Assembly: GCA_964651815.1 (NCBI GenBank)
Contig: CAZYWG010000011.1
Coordinates: 1,056-65,055, forward strand
Direction of reading: 5' to 3'
From: an uncultured Gammaproteobacteria bacterium
Lineage (GTDB): Bacteria > Patescibacteriota > Microgenomatia > Levybacterales > GWA1-39-11
DNA: 64,000 nt
A program made the translations under genes and the position numbers. Below the pieces are notes generated by a model that saw only the letters and a program-made list of their open reading frames with translations, was not told where the DNA came from and searched no databases. This document shows positions 1 to 9,360 of this stretch, one piece after another; position 1 is the stretch's first letter, and each line of letters starts with the position of its first letter.

Positions 1-952
1 ATCAACTAATATTGCACTTTCTATCTCATTTGCTATTTTTTATATTGGGTGTCTAGCGACACTTATAATTGTAAACGATACTAAAAAAATAGTAGCCCAT
101 GCTCTATTACCGGTAATCTTTGGGATAGGTATTTTTCTTTGCATATACAGGATATTGTTGGTCTACTTTCCTCCAATAGTTCCTTTAAATGGATACCAAC
201 TGGTTTCTTCATTCTATGGGTCCCATAACCACCTTGGGGATTTTTTGATTCTTCCGCTCACAGCAATTTTTTATATCTTAATGAATAAGAATAATAAAAT
301 ACACCCTCTCATACTCTTATTATTATCAATATTTTTTGCACCTTACTTTCTTTTTTCATTTTCAAGGAGCGCATATTTTTCTGTTATCGTAACATTAATT
401 TTCATGTTTTATTATTTTGTAAAAAAAGGAAGAATAAGACTGATTGAATTCAGAACTTTACTTATGATTTTGGTTATATGTATTCTCACCTTATTTATGT
501 TTTCTGTTTCAATTTTCTCAAGTCAAAAAAATTTAGTTTCTGAAATTAATACTCATCTGGTTGAGAATAACAACCTTTCATATAAAGCTCCGTTTGGTGC
601 CAGGGGAGAATATGTAAGAGAAGCTATACTTGCAATTTTTTACAAACCCATTTTTGGTGTTGGTCCGGGAAATTTTATAGAAATTTCAAAAAAGTATAAT
701 CCTATTCAGGGACTTTGGGCAGAGTCTTCTCATAATCTATTCTTAAATATAATGGTTGAAGATGGTATTGCAGCTGGGTTGATACTTTTTATTATAATTG
801 TTGAGATCTTCAGGAAGTCAGAGAAGAACATTTATTTCTTTATGGCACTAGCCTTGCTTATAAATTTTCAGACGGATTACACTTTTAGAATATACTCACT
901 GTTCTTTTTATTTTTTGTTTTGTGTGGGTTGTGTCAACAAAAAGAAAGTTAG
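1..952 (+). CDS. O-antigen ligase/Wzy_C-family membrane protein (5' partial)
   Basis: Frame is open from base 2. Multi-TM, with SFSRSAY, PIFGVGPGNF and SHNLFL motifs typical of Wzy_C/WaaL. Confidence 0.8.
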   Translation, partial: STNIALSISFAIFYIGCLATLIIVNDTKKIVAHALLPVIFGIGIFLCIYRILLVYFPPIVPLNGYQLVSSFYGSHNHLGDFLILPLTAIFYILMNKNNKIHPLILLLLSIFFAPYFLFSFSRSAYFSVIVTLIFMFYYFVKKGRIRLIEFRTLLMILVICILTLFMFSVSIFSSQKNLVSEINTHLVENNNLSYKAPFGARGEYVREAILAIFYKPIFGVGPGNFIEISKKYNPIQGLWAESSHNLFLNIMVEDGIAAGLILFIIIVEIFRKSEKNIYFFMALALLINFQTDYTFRIYSLFFLFFVLCGLCQQKES

Positions 953-1536
953 TTAGAAGGAATACAGGGCTTCATAACTACAGAGGAAACAGGTTTGTTA
1001 TTCTGAAAATAAACTCCATTTAAAATATTTCCATCGGTACCAGAATAAATATCAAAAGAAACTTTACTATTTGCAAGTCTGGTTTTACCAATAAGAGATA
1101 TTTTTACTAGTTCTGGTTGAATTTTTCCTTTATATACATAAATAACAGAAGCCTCTCTTCCTTTAATTTCTTTAACTATGAATCCTGAAGGTACTTGGTT
1201 TCCCCATTTACCTTCCCAAGCCCCAACAAAGGATGGTTGTGTTCTGCTAGCATTCGGAACAGGATTGCCAAAATCAGGTGCTACACCCGGAGGAATAAAC
1301 TGACACTTTGCAATATTTGCTGTAGTTTGTGAACCATTACTACCAGAATTTATTTGGTATTGAGTGTTATTTTTTGCTTGGTGTGGTAAAACAGGTATTG
1401 AAGACGGTAAAATGTTAAAAAAATTAAAGGTTATGACAATTAATATAACTAATACTGCAAGACAAACTCCTATAATAATTAATCTTTTTGATGACCCTTG
1501 TGTATTTGGTGTGGTATTAGGTTCGTTTGAATCCAT
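949..1536 (-). CDS. Single-pass membrane protein, unknown function
   Basis: Likely start at MDSNEPNT (1536), followed by one TM helix and a small extracellular domain with a Cys pair. The upstream ORF extension is AT-rich intergenic-like sequence. Confidence 0.6.
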   Translation of the reverse strand: MDSNEPNTTPNTQGSSKRLIIIGVCLAVLVILIVITFNFFNILPSSIPVLPHQAKNNTQYQINSGSNGSQTTANIAKCQFIPPGVAPDFGNPVPNASRTQPSFVGAWEGKWGNQVPSGFIVKEIKGREASVIYVYKGKIQPELVKISLIGKTRLANSKVSFDIYSGTDGNILNGVYFQNNKPVSSVVMKPCIPSN

Positions 1537-1802
1537 AAATAAATAGTAGGATAGTTTACAAGGTTTGTCAATATTACATATATAAACTCCTACGTTTATA
1601 ATACAAATATTGATATTTGTATTTTTTTGTATATAACAATTTTTAAATGTAAGAAATTGTGTAAAATAAAAAGCGTTTTTTAATAATGTCCACATTGGCT
1701 CATTATAAATAGTGCAATTTGAAATAATATACATTATTAATTTCAATTTGCGTAGCAAATACGGACTATGGGTTGGCGATTATTAAGCGTAGTAAAATTA
1801 AT

Positions 1803-3617
1803 ATGGAGACAAATATTAGCGGAAAATTTAGTGAAGTTAAGAGAACTTTTATAGTTTCTGTAAGGCTTTTGAAAACTATTTGGAGCTTTGACAGTAAAAT
1901 TCTTGTATTTCAGTTTGTAATAACCGGCGCACAGTCACTAATACCCTTTATAAACGCATTTATCTACGCATTAATTATTGATCTTATTGTAAGAAACATT
2001 GGAAGACCATTCAACTCATCAAACCTAATTGTATTGCTCGGAGTGAGATTTTTAACTTTGCTTGTGCAATTTTCAATAAATTCTATTCAAAGTTATATAG
2101 ATCTTGTAACGTGGTCAAGACTCCCAATTTATTTATATCAGTTGATTTTAGGTAAAATTACAAACCTTGAGGTTGAATACTTTGAAAACCCAAAATTCCG
2201 TGATGCACTACAAAAAGTCCGTGAAAGTTATGCATGGATGCCATTAAATATGTATACGAATATTTTTGGGGTGATTCAAGCTTTAATCCAACTCGCAACG
2301 GCTTTTATATTATTATCTTTTTTAAACGTTTTTCTTGCAATAGGAATAATAGCTGCTGCAATGCCTTCTTTTTTAATCCAAATCAAATATTCAAAAACTC
2401 TTTGGGGCGTCTGGGATAAAAATTCACCTCATAAAAAAAGATTTTGGTATTTATCGGATCTAATTCAGCACAGGGAAGCTGTTAAAGAAATGAGAGTATT
2501 TGGGACTTCCAATAAATTCTTAAATGAGATATCTAGGATTCAAGAAAAATTTGCAAATGAAAATCTTGCTGTCGGGAAAAAAAGACTTAGGGATTCCTCT
2601 ATCTTAAGTTTTATAAGTTCAGTAATTTTTATTTTGATTGAGGGAACCATAGCATTTTTTACAATATTAGGCAAAATATCGCTAGGGGGGCTTTCATATT
2701 TCACATTTGTTGTTTGGAATTTTGAAGGCGGTGTGGCATCTTTTTTTAGCAGCGTATCAAAGACGTTCAATCAAAGTTTATACGTTGAAGACATTTTTAA
2801 AGTCCTAGACCTTCCGCAAAAACTACAAAAAGCTGAAAAACCTATTAAAATCAATACGGCAATTACTCCTAAAATTGAATTTAAAAATGTATCTTTTAAA
2901 TACCCGGGTTCAAAAAAGTATACGCTTAAAGATTTTTCCCTAACTATACATCCGGGTGAAAAAATAGCGTTTGTGGGCGAAAATGGTGCAGGGAAAACGA
3001 CAATTATAAAACTTCTTGCAAGGTTCTATGATGTCTCAAGCGGGGAAATATTAATTGATGGGATTAATATCAAAGAATTAGATCTTAACTCCTGGTACAA
3101 GACGATAGGTGCTATTTTCCAAGATTTTATAAAATATGAATATACATTAGCTGAAAATATCCATTTAGGCAAAATTTACGAGCCGTTTAACAAGTCAAAA
3201 ATAATATCCGCAGCAAAACTTTCTGGAACTGACAAAATCGCAGAAAAATTGGAAAAAGGTTATGATCAAATGCTTGGACTTACCTTTTCCGGAGGAACAG
3301 AATTATCTTTAGGTCAATGGCAAAAAGTTGCGCTAGGTAGGGCATTTTTACGCGATGCTCCAATTTTAATTTTAGATGAACCAACTGCCTCGATTGATGC
3401 AAAAGCTGAAAAAGAAATTTTTGATAAAGTTGAAAGATTGAGAGGAAATAAAACCGTTATAATAATTTCCCATAGGTTTTCGACTGTCAGAAATGCAGAC
3501 AAAATTTTTGTAATTAATAAGGGTAAAATTGCCGAAGAGGGAAATCATAAAGAATTGTTAGCAAATAACAAGATTTATGCCAAATTATTCAAAGTTCAAG
3601 CAGAAAAGTATCAATAA
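1803..3617 (+). CDS. ABC exporter, fused permease/ATPase
   Basis: TM domain plus Walker A GENGAGKT, variant signature LSLGQ, Walker B ILILDE and H-loop SHR. ATG at 1803 preferred over TTG at 1773. Confidence 0.9.
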   Translation: METNISGKFSEVKRTFIVSVRLLKTIWSFDSKILVFQFVITGAQSLIPFINAFIYALIIDLIVRNIGRPFNSSNLIVLLGVRFLTLLVQFSINSIQSYIDLVTWSRLPIYLYQLILGKITNLEVEYFENPKFRDALQKVRESYAWMPLNMYTNIFGVIQALIQLATAFILLSFLNVFLAIGIIAAAMPSFLIQIKYSKTLWGVWDKNSPHKKRFWYLSDLIQHREAVKEMRVFGTSNKFLNEISRIQEKFANENLAVGKKRLRDSSILSFISSVIFILIEGTIAFFTILGKISLGGLSYFTFVVWNFEGGVASFFSSVSKTFNQSLYVEDIFKVLDLPQKLQKAEKPIKINTAITPKIEFKNVSFKYPGSKKYTLKDFSLTIHPGEKIAFVGENGAGKTTIIKLLARFYDVSSGEILIDGINIKELDLNSWYKTIGAIFQDFIKYEYTLAENIHLGKIYEPFNKSKIISAAKLSGTDKIAEKLEKGYDQMLGLTFSGGTELSLGQWQKVALGRAFLRDAPILILDEPTASIDAKAEKEIFDKVERLRGNKTVIIISHRFSTVRNADKIFVINKGKIAEEGNHKELLANNKIYAKLFKVQAEKYQ

Positions 3618-3724
3618 TAATTTGCCGGATTTAATCATACATATTGATGAAATTTGCAAAACTATAGTTAAGAGTACTGATTAAATTACTTTGCAAATAA
3701 ATTTACTTATGTTATTATTTCCGA

Positions 3725-4531
3725 ATGAAAGAAATATATGTGGAAATTGGAGGTTTTGTTATAAGAATTATTCTTGGAAAGAAGACCCTGGATCCACACG
3801 TTTCTTATTTGATCAATAAACTTGAAATTGAACTATTAATATACCTTAGAGGTTTTATAGTACAGAACAAACGAAAAAGATTTGATTTTGAAATTGAGTT
3901 TGAATATATAAAGGAGCCCGGCGTATTGAGTTTACAAAACGAAGATAAGATTTATATACCAATTTTTCAGAAAGTTACTGATAAAAAATTCAAAACTTAC
4001 TATAATTTGAATACATCTCAACTCGAATTAATACTCAAGTATGCCCTTTTATCACTTTTAAAGAAAAATTCAGGCTTTGGAATTCACGCATCTGTTGCAA
4101 AAGTAAATGGCAAAGCATATCTTTTTTTGGGTGAAAGTGGAGCTGGAAAATCTACAATAGTTGAGCTTATTAAAGAAGTTTTTCCAACAATTAATGACGA
4201 TATGACTTTTATCAGAAAAATAAACAGTGAGTATTGCGTTTTTCAAACTCCATTTAGCGAGAAGCCTTGGTGGATAAACAAGAGTAAAAAATTCGTCAAA
4301 GTGAATAAAATTATCTTTATTCATAAATCACGCTCATCTGATAGCAATAAAATAAATGACAAAAAAATTATAGCTAAGAGGGTTTTAGGTCAAGTTATGG
4401 TTGCGCAACACTTAGATAGTTATATAATTAAAAATGTTACAAATTTTACAAACTTTATTCAAAATTTTTATGATTTAAATTTTGAGAAAGATGTTGATAA
4501 AACTATTAGTTTAGTATCAAAATTGAAATGA
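3725..4531 (+). CDS. HPr kinase-like P-loop protein (RiPP-associated kinase type)
   Basis: IHAS...LFLGESGAGKST...INDD motif pattern of HprK-related kinases. Confidence 0.75.
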   Translation: MKEIYVEIGGFVIRIILGKKTLDPHVSYLINKLEIELLIYLRGFIVQNKRKRFDFEIEFEYIKEPGVLSLQNEDKIYIPIFQKVTDKKFKTYYNLNTSQLELILKYALLSLLKKNSGFGIHASVAKVNGKAYLFLGESGAGKSTIVELIKEVFPTINDDMTFIRKINSEYCVFQTPFSEKPWWINKSKKFVKVNKIIFIHKSRSSDSNKINDKKIIAKRVLGQVMVAQHLDSYIIKNVTNFTNFIQNFYDLNFEKDVDKTISLVSKLK

Positions 4532-4782
4532 AATATTTTCTTAAAAAGGGGTTTATTTTTCAAAAACATCATGAGATAACTAACATAATTGATGGAGATA
4601 AATCAATACTTCATTCTTTCAACGAGGTAGGGTCTTTTATATTTGAGCAGATAAGAAAAGGAGCTGACCATGTAAAAATTATCGAACGAATGACTAAGAA
4701 ATATAAAATAAGTAAAGAAGTTGCCGAAAAAGACTTAACTGAATTTATATCTAGCCTTAAGAAAAAACAAATAATTTCTTAG
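4528..4782 (+). CDS. PqqD-family RiPP recognition element (RRE)
   Basis: 84 aa with pattern FNEVGSFIFEQI...KYKISKEVAEKDLTEFISSLKKKQII, characteristic of PqqD/RRE. Confidence 0.85.
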   Translation: MKYFLKKGFIFQKHHEITNIIDGDKSILHSFNEVGSFIFEQIRKGADHVKIIERMTKKYKISKEVAEKDLTEFISSLKKKQIIS

Positions 4783-6015
4783 GCTTGCAAGTGATTTCCT
4801 AAACTGGTACCAAAGAACGAAGTAAATAACTTCCAGGTTTGTGAATATAAATAACTTTCTGATTTCTGATCTTGGAGAAAGTGCATATAATATTTTAAAT
4901 CTTTTCACACCACTAGCTACTCTATAGTCTTCATTAAAAATATTAGTGCCCACCAGATCTTTTTTTATTTCGTTCATAACATCCTTTTTAGGCTTAATAT
5001 GGTTTAAAAATTTGAGTGGCATATTAAATTGATAATACTTTTGAAGTAACAGAAGAACAGGATAGATAAAATTATTAATTTTAAACTCCTCAATAAGTTC
5101 GGCAAGATCATCATAGTTTATTTTTTCAGTTTTTAAAATCTTTACTAGGAGATCATATCTATATGTGCCTGTGAAGTTGTGGTGAAATAGATGTAGCATG
5201 AGATAAACAATCAAGTTTTCAGGAGACAAAATTTTGAAATCTTGATTCAAAACCCTAATAGAGCGGTGTTCAACTAACAATTTTTTTGTAAATTCAATTG
5301 TTAGTTGATTTTGGTATAAAGAGTTGAGGTTTCCTATCTGAGTAAGCAAAAATACAGCTTCTAAGTGTATATCTAGGTAAACTGGGATGTTATTAATTAT
5401 TTTATAAAAGGTTATCTCCATATCACGAGATTTTAGCTTTTTTTGAAGTTTAGAATAAGAAGTATCTGAGATATTAAATTCTAGTCTCTTGAGGATTCTA
5501 ATTACTTTATATAAATCTTTTTTATTGATCAAAATGTCGCAGTCAGAATATATCCTTTTTGCATGGTGACCTTCATAGAAAAGATGTAAGGGTAAACCCT
5601 TGAGAAAAACATACGCTATTTTTTCTTTCTCAAAAGTATTCTTTGTTTTTACTATCTCCTGAAAATATAAAGTAGATTGGAATAGATATATATCGTTAAT
5701 ATTTATTACTCGTTTTTGTTTGCCAACGATTCTTGTTACTTTTTCAACAATTCCTAAGATAGAAGATGGATAAACTTTACCATCTGAAGTCAAGTTATTA
5801 TCCCCACGAGTAATAACGTAGCTTAAATGTTTATAAATTATTCGGTGCGTGAAGATTTGCCCTTCTTTTTTGACTGAGATGATGTCATTTACTTTTAAAT
5901 TACGGAAGTTCTGTTTTTCTATACTTATGACATCTCTGTCAAGCAAAACAGGAAACATACTATTCCCGAAAGTTTTAATTCTCAGTTCTGTGCGAGTTTT
6001 TGTAGGATGCGACAC
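4735..6015 (-). CDS. S24/S26 peptidase domain fused to NTP_transf_5-like nucleotidyltransferase
   Basis: N-terminal GNSMFP...THRI...TRGDNN (S26-like Ser/His); C-terminal LKGLPL...R.YSDCDILI...LDIH (nucleotidyltransferase). Confidence 0.8.
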   Translation of the reverse strand: MSHPTKTRTELRIKTFGNSMFPVLLDRDVISIEKQNFRNLKVNDIISVKKEGQIFTHRIIYKHLSYVITRGDNNLTSDGKVYPSSILGIVEKVTRIVGKQKRVININDIYLFQSTLYFQEIVKTKNTFEKEKIAYVFLKGLPLHLFYEGHHAKRIYSDCDILINKKDLYKVIRILKRLEFNISDTSYSKLQKKLKSRDMEITFYKIINNIPVYLDIHLEAVFLLTQIGNLNSLYQNQLTIEFTKKLLVEHRSIRVLNQDFKILSPENLIVYLMLHLFHHNFTGTYRYDLLVKILKTEKINYDDLAELIEEFKINNFIYPVLLLLQKYYQFNMPLKFLNHIKPKKDVMNEIKKDLVGTNIFNEDYRVASGVKRFKILYALSPRSEIRKLFIFTNLEVIYFVLWYQFRKSLASLRNYLFFLKARYKFS

Positions 6016-6040
6016 TTGCTAGATTTTAACACAAGAATAA

Positions 6041-6316
6041 CTATTGGCACCCACAGCTGTAGCATGATCCGTCACCTGCATCACATCCGCAGGGTGAACC
6101 ATTAGACGAAGAGCAATCCCCGCCTCCTGAGTTACAAGTTCCTCCCCCGCAAATATCACAAGTCGCACCTTGAGATGCGCATTCGCATGATGATTGGGCA
6201 AAGACTGCCGGGACAATTGAGTTACTGACTGAATTCAAAAACCGACTACTCATAAAAAAACTAAACTTAATCTTTTGGGATTTAACACTTGGTTTTTCGT
6301 ACGAATTTATGCTCAT
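6041..6316 (-). CDS. Putative RiPP precursor peptide (Cys/Ser/Gly-rich core)
   Basis: Leader with YEKPSV motif and VFA-Q site; 51-aa core with 11 Cys, 10 Ser, 12 Gly; lies inside the YcaO/SagB/RRE cluster; has its own promoter. Confidence 0.8.
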   Translation of the reverse strand: MSINSYEKPSVKSQKIKFSFFMSSRFLNSVSNSIVPAVFAQSSCECASQGATCDICGGGTCNSGGGDCSSSNGSPCGCDAGDGSCYSCGCQ

Positions 6317-6324
6317 TTCAATAA

Positions 6325-6353
6325 AGTATATGCTGAAAAAAACATCATGTCAA
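6325..6353 (-). promoter_or_regulatory. Sigma70-type promoter of precursor gene
   Basis: TTGACA-17 bp-TATACT ending 8 nt before the ATG at 6316. Confidence 0.75.
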
Positions 6354-6369
6354 TAAAGTTTACCATTTA

Positions 6370-7125
6370 CTATACTTCCCCTATTGCCATTGTATATATT
6401 ACAGATTCTTCCAAGACGTCTAACTCCAAGTGGTTGTTTATTACATCATCTACATATCCACCAATTGCACATGCTCCAATTTTCTGACTTACGGCGTTCA
6501 AGTAAAAGTTCTGTGCCATATGTCCGGCCTCCTCTAGCATTAGTCTATACCCTCTATCTCCATACTTCATTGTGTTTCTATTAAATACTGCAGATATAAA
6601 AATTAGGCCTCCTGTTTTTTTGATCCACGGGATATTTGTAATTTTTGGAAGTAGATCTTTTTTATTGAATTTAAACATCTTTTCAAAACTATTATTCTGC
6701 ACAAAATAGTGATAAGAAGCATTGTCAAGTTCACTTTTCAAACTCAAAAAATAAACCTCTAAAGGAAAGCGTGCTCCAGGGGATGGGTAAAAACGTCTTT
6801 CCGAAGGTGTGTTATTAGGTATTCCGGCACTATAATAAAAAAGGTTACTTAATTTTTTTAAGCTCAGTTTTTTATTTGAGAAGTCACGTACTGACCTTCT
6901 TGTATAAAGGGCATCTGAAAGTAGAACGTTGCTTGCGGAAGGTTTTGGTAATTTAATCTCACTAAATCTTCCATAGCTTTTGTAATAAATCTTCTTCCAT
7001 TCCTGCGGCCAATAAATGGTGGATGAAATTCGTCTCATTTTCTTAATTTTTGTAAAGTTATGGAACCTTTGAAATTCAGTGGTAAGCTTTCCTGTTAGAT
7101 GGTAAATTGGTTTATATTTTTTCAT
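6370..7125 (-). CDS. SagB/ThcOx-type FMN-dependent azoline dehydrogenase
   Basis: RRSVRDF, RFYPSPGARFPLEVY, KYGDRGYR, EAGHMAQN motifs. Confidence 0.9.
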   Translation of the reverse strand: MKKYKPIYHLTGKLTTEFQRFHNFTKIKKMRRISSTIYWPQEWKKIYYKSYGRFSEIKLPKPSASNVLLSDALYTRRSVRDFSNKKLSLKKLSNLFYYSAGIPNNTPSERRFYPSPGARFPLEVYFLSLKSELDNASYHYFVQNNSFEKMFKFNKKDLLPKITNIPWIKKTGGLIFISAVFNRNTMKYGDRGYRLMLEEAGHMAQNFYLNAVSQKIGACAIGGYVDDVINNHLELDVLEESVIYTMAIGEV

Positions 7126-8381
7126 AAAAATGGGTGAGGAATTGGATTCAAACCGTCAAATTTTTTTCCAAAAAAATTTGCAACTTTTTTTAGTCTTTCA
7201 ATATTTACAACTTTTTCCTTCTCATGCTCAATTAAATATAGGGGATTAAGTCCAGGTATCATTACATAATAAGAAAGAAAGTTTAGTTTTCTAAATTCGT
7301 CCACTGTGGAATCCACGTAGTACACTTTATAACCAAGTTTTTTTAATTTTTTAAGTACTTTAGCAAGTTCTGATTTAATTTTTAAGTTAAATTTTTGAGC
7401 TTGATAATCAACTCGGCGTCCTGCAATCAAAAATTCAATATTTTTTAGACTAGATGAAGAAATCCAATATTTTGCCCTATTTGGAAACAAACCATCAGCA
7501 GTTTTAAAGTCAAAAGAGATTTTACCTTGTATTAACATATTTTTTGTATATAGCCTAGTCATCAGTGTTTCGCCAGCAGAGGCTATTATTGCATCTACGC
7601 TTTTAAACCCTGCCTTTCCTCCTAGACTAATGGCGGGACCCAGACCAGTTCTATCAATTGCCACTGATAGAAAAGAAGGAATACCGAGATCAGTTGTAGC
7701 ATCTAAAACGTATAGATCAAGATTAAATTTATGATATAAGTCTAGAATATATTTAATTCTTTTGTCTTTTATAGCTGATAAGTTAACAATTGGAGGAGAG
7801 ATTTTGTTGAGGTATACTCCCATTAGGGAATCCCTTTCAATTAATTCATAAATACCATTTAACAGTGCCATTTCGTGTGATGCTCCACCTGCTGAACCAT
7901 TAGTATTATGTGGAAAATCAAGATGAGGTTCATTCTTTAACCTTTGGTAATTAAGGTAAACAAACTGTGCAGGAATGAGTTTATTTTTATTTGTAAAGAC
8001 TTCTACCCCCTTGACCCATCCAAACTTGCTTGATTTGACTTGTGGATCTTTTGAAAAATAGCTTAGGTTAAGGAAACTTTCATTATTTTTAGGAATTTTT
8101 TTTATGATGGATTTTCTTTTGAAACTATAATTACAAAATCGCTCCATTGCTTCCCAAATAGATTTCATCACCGCTGATTCCTCATCAAAATATGATACAC
8201 CAGACCCATGAAGGTCACTTGAATTGACCTTTCCATCAGAATACTTTTTATTTGTTTTAAAATTAGTGCTAAAACTTTTTTGTCTTGGCTCGTCGTTATA
8301 TTGTGTGTTTTTTTGTACTTTTGGCTCTAGACCCAAATCATAGAGTTGATCCAAAAGAGTTATTAATTGGCCTTTCTTCAT
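7122..8381 (-). CDS. YcaO-family cyclodehydratase
   Basis: EAMERF, TNGSAGG and ELIERDS ATP-binding motifs; Pro-rich C-terminus NPIPHPFL. Confidence 0.9.
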   Translation of the reverse strand: MKKGQLITLLDQLYDLGLEPKVQKNTQYNDEPRQKSFSTNFKTNKKYSDGKVNSSDLHGSGVSYFDEESAVMKSIWEAMERFCNYSFKRKSIIKKIPKNNESFLNLSYFSKDPQVKSSKFGWVKGVEVFTNKNKLIPAQFVYLNYQRLKNEPHLDFPHNTNGSAGGASHEMALLNGIYELIERDSLMGVYLNKISPPIVNLSAIKDKRIKYILDLYHKFNLDLYVLDATTDLGIPSFLSVAIDRTGLGPAISLGGKAGFKSVDAIIASAGETLMTRLYTKNMLIQGKISFDFKTADGLFPNRAKYWISSSSLKNIEFLIAGRRVDYQAQKFNLKIKSELAKVLKKLKKLGYKVYYVDSTVDEFRKLNFLSYYVMIPGLNPLYLIEHEKEKVVNIERLKKVANFFGKKFDGLNPIPHPFL

Positions 8382-8560
8382 AGATTGGAGTATATCTTAT
8401 TATTCAACTCTGAAAAAGTAAAGGATAGGATGGAATTGACTATTTCTTGAAGATTACTTAGTTAAAATCATTAGTGAATAGTTTCAAAGATTAATTTTTG
8501 TTGAACCAAAGGTGAGGTTTCTGAATGCTAAGCTGTTTTATTAATACTTTATCAAAAACA

Positions 8561-9127
8561 CTAAAGAATTAAAACAGCACCGCCTACAATCATGAATATA
8601 ACTGAAATGAAACCAACTGTAAGTGTAGACGTAACAGAACCTGTAGGTTTTATTGTTGGCTGTGGGGTTGCAGGAGGTATTGTAGGGGCCGTCGTTGAGG
8701 TAGGTGAAACACCTGCTTGGGTTTGGCAAAGAAGTTGGAAAGACCCAACAGGTCCTGCTGTTCCACAAGAATTAACTGCTGAAACGTCACATTTATAAGT
8801 CTTTCCTTGTGTAATAGAAAAGGAAATATTTGTTGTTGCGGCCGGGACTTGTTGATTGTATATTGTTGTGCTAGTTTCAAGTTCTGTTACAACTACATTA
8901 TAATTTGCTGCTGAGGCGACAGTCCCCCAAGTACAACCGGCTTGTGTAAAATTACATTGGGTCCCTACACAGTTTGGATAAACAACTTCAACATTTTGAA
9001 CAGCATCAGGAGTTGTACATGCTGGAGTTTGGGCAAGAGCTTTAGGCGAATAAAATGATAAAGCGATCAGAAATCCCCCAATAAAAACCAGAATGGGCAA
9101 AGATAATTTAAATATTTTCCTCAGCAT
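8561..9127 (-). CDS. Secreted fibronectin type III-like protein with C-terminal membrane anchor
   Basis: Signal peptide ending ALA-Q, FN3-like YKCDVSAVN, Pro/Thr linker, IKPTG then TM helix. Confidence 0.65.
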   Translation of the reverse strand: MLRKIFKLSLPILVFIGGFLIALSFYSPKALAQTPACTTPDAVQNVEVVYPNCVGTQCNFTQAGCTWGTVASAANYNVVVTELETSTTIYNQQVPAATTNISFSITQGKTYKCDVSAVNSCGTAGPVGSFQLLCQTQAGVSPTSTTAPTIPPATPQPTIKPTGSVTSTLTVGFISVIFMIVGGAVLIL

Positions 9128-9254
9128 CTATTTCTGCCTATCTCTATCATAGAACAATTTTTCACGGTACGTCAAGCCCCCGTAAGACGTTTACAATTTA
9201 TTATATATTGTTGATCACGTCCAAACTTGGATTGACTATTTTTGATACACTTGT

Positions 9255-9291
9255 TTCGTGTTTTATTCGGTTTACTTTCGTATTAATTTCG
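9255..9291 (+). promoter_or_regulatory. Putative LexA operator, (TTCG-N7)x4, upstream of dinB
   Basis: TTCG at 9255, 9266, 9277, 9288 (11-bp period); the same phased motif is upstream of lexA. Confidence 0.65.
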
Positions 9292-9360
9292 TATAGTATT
9301 ACTTAGGTTGGTTTATTAATTAATTTTCAATTTGAATTTTAAAATTAAAAATTTCAAATT

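Noticed and set aside
6019-6216. 65-aa ORF overlapping the precursor
   Set aside because: Alternate frame; the 91-aa frame has the promoter, leader motif and Cys-rich core.
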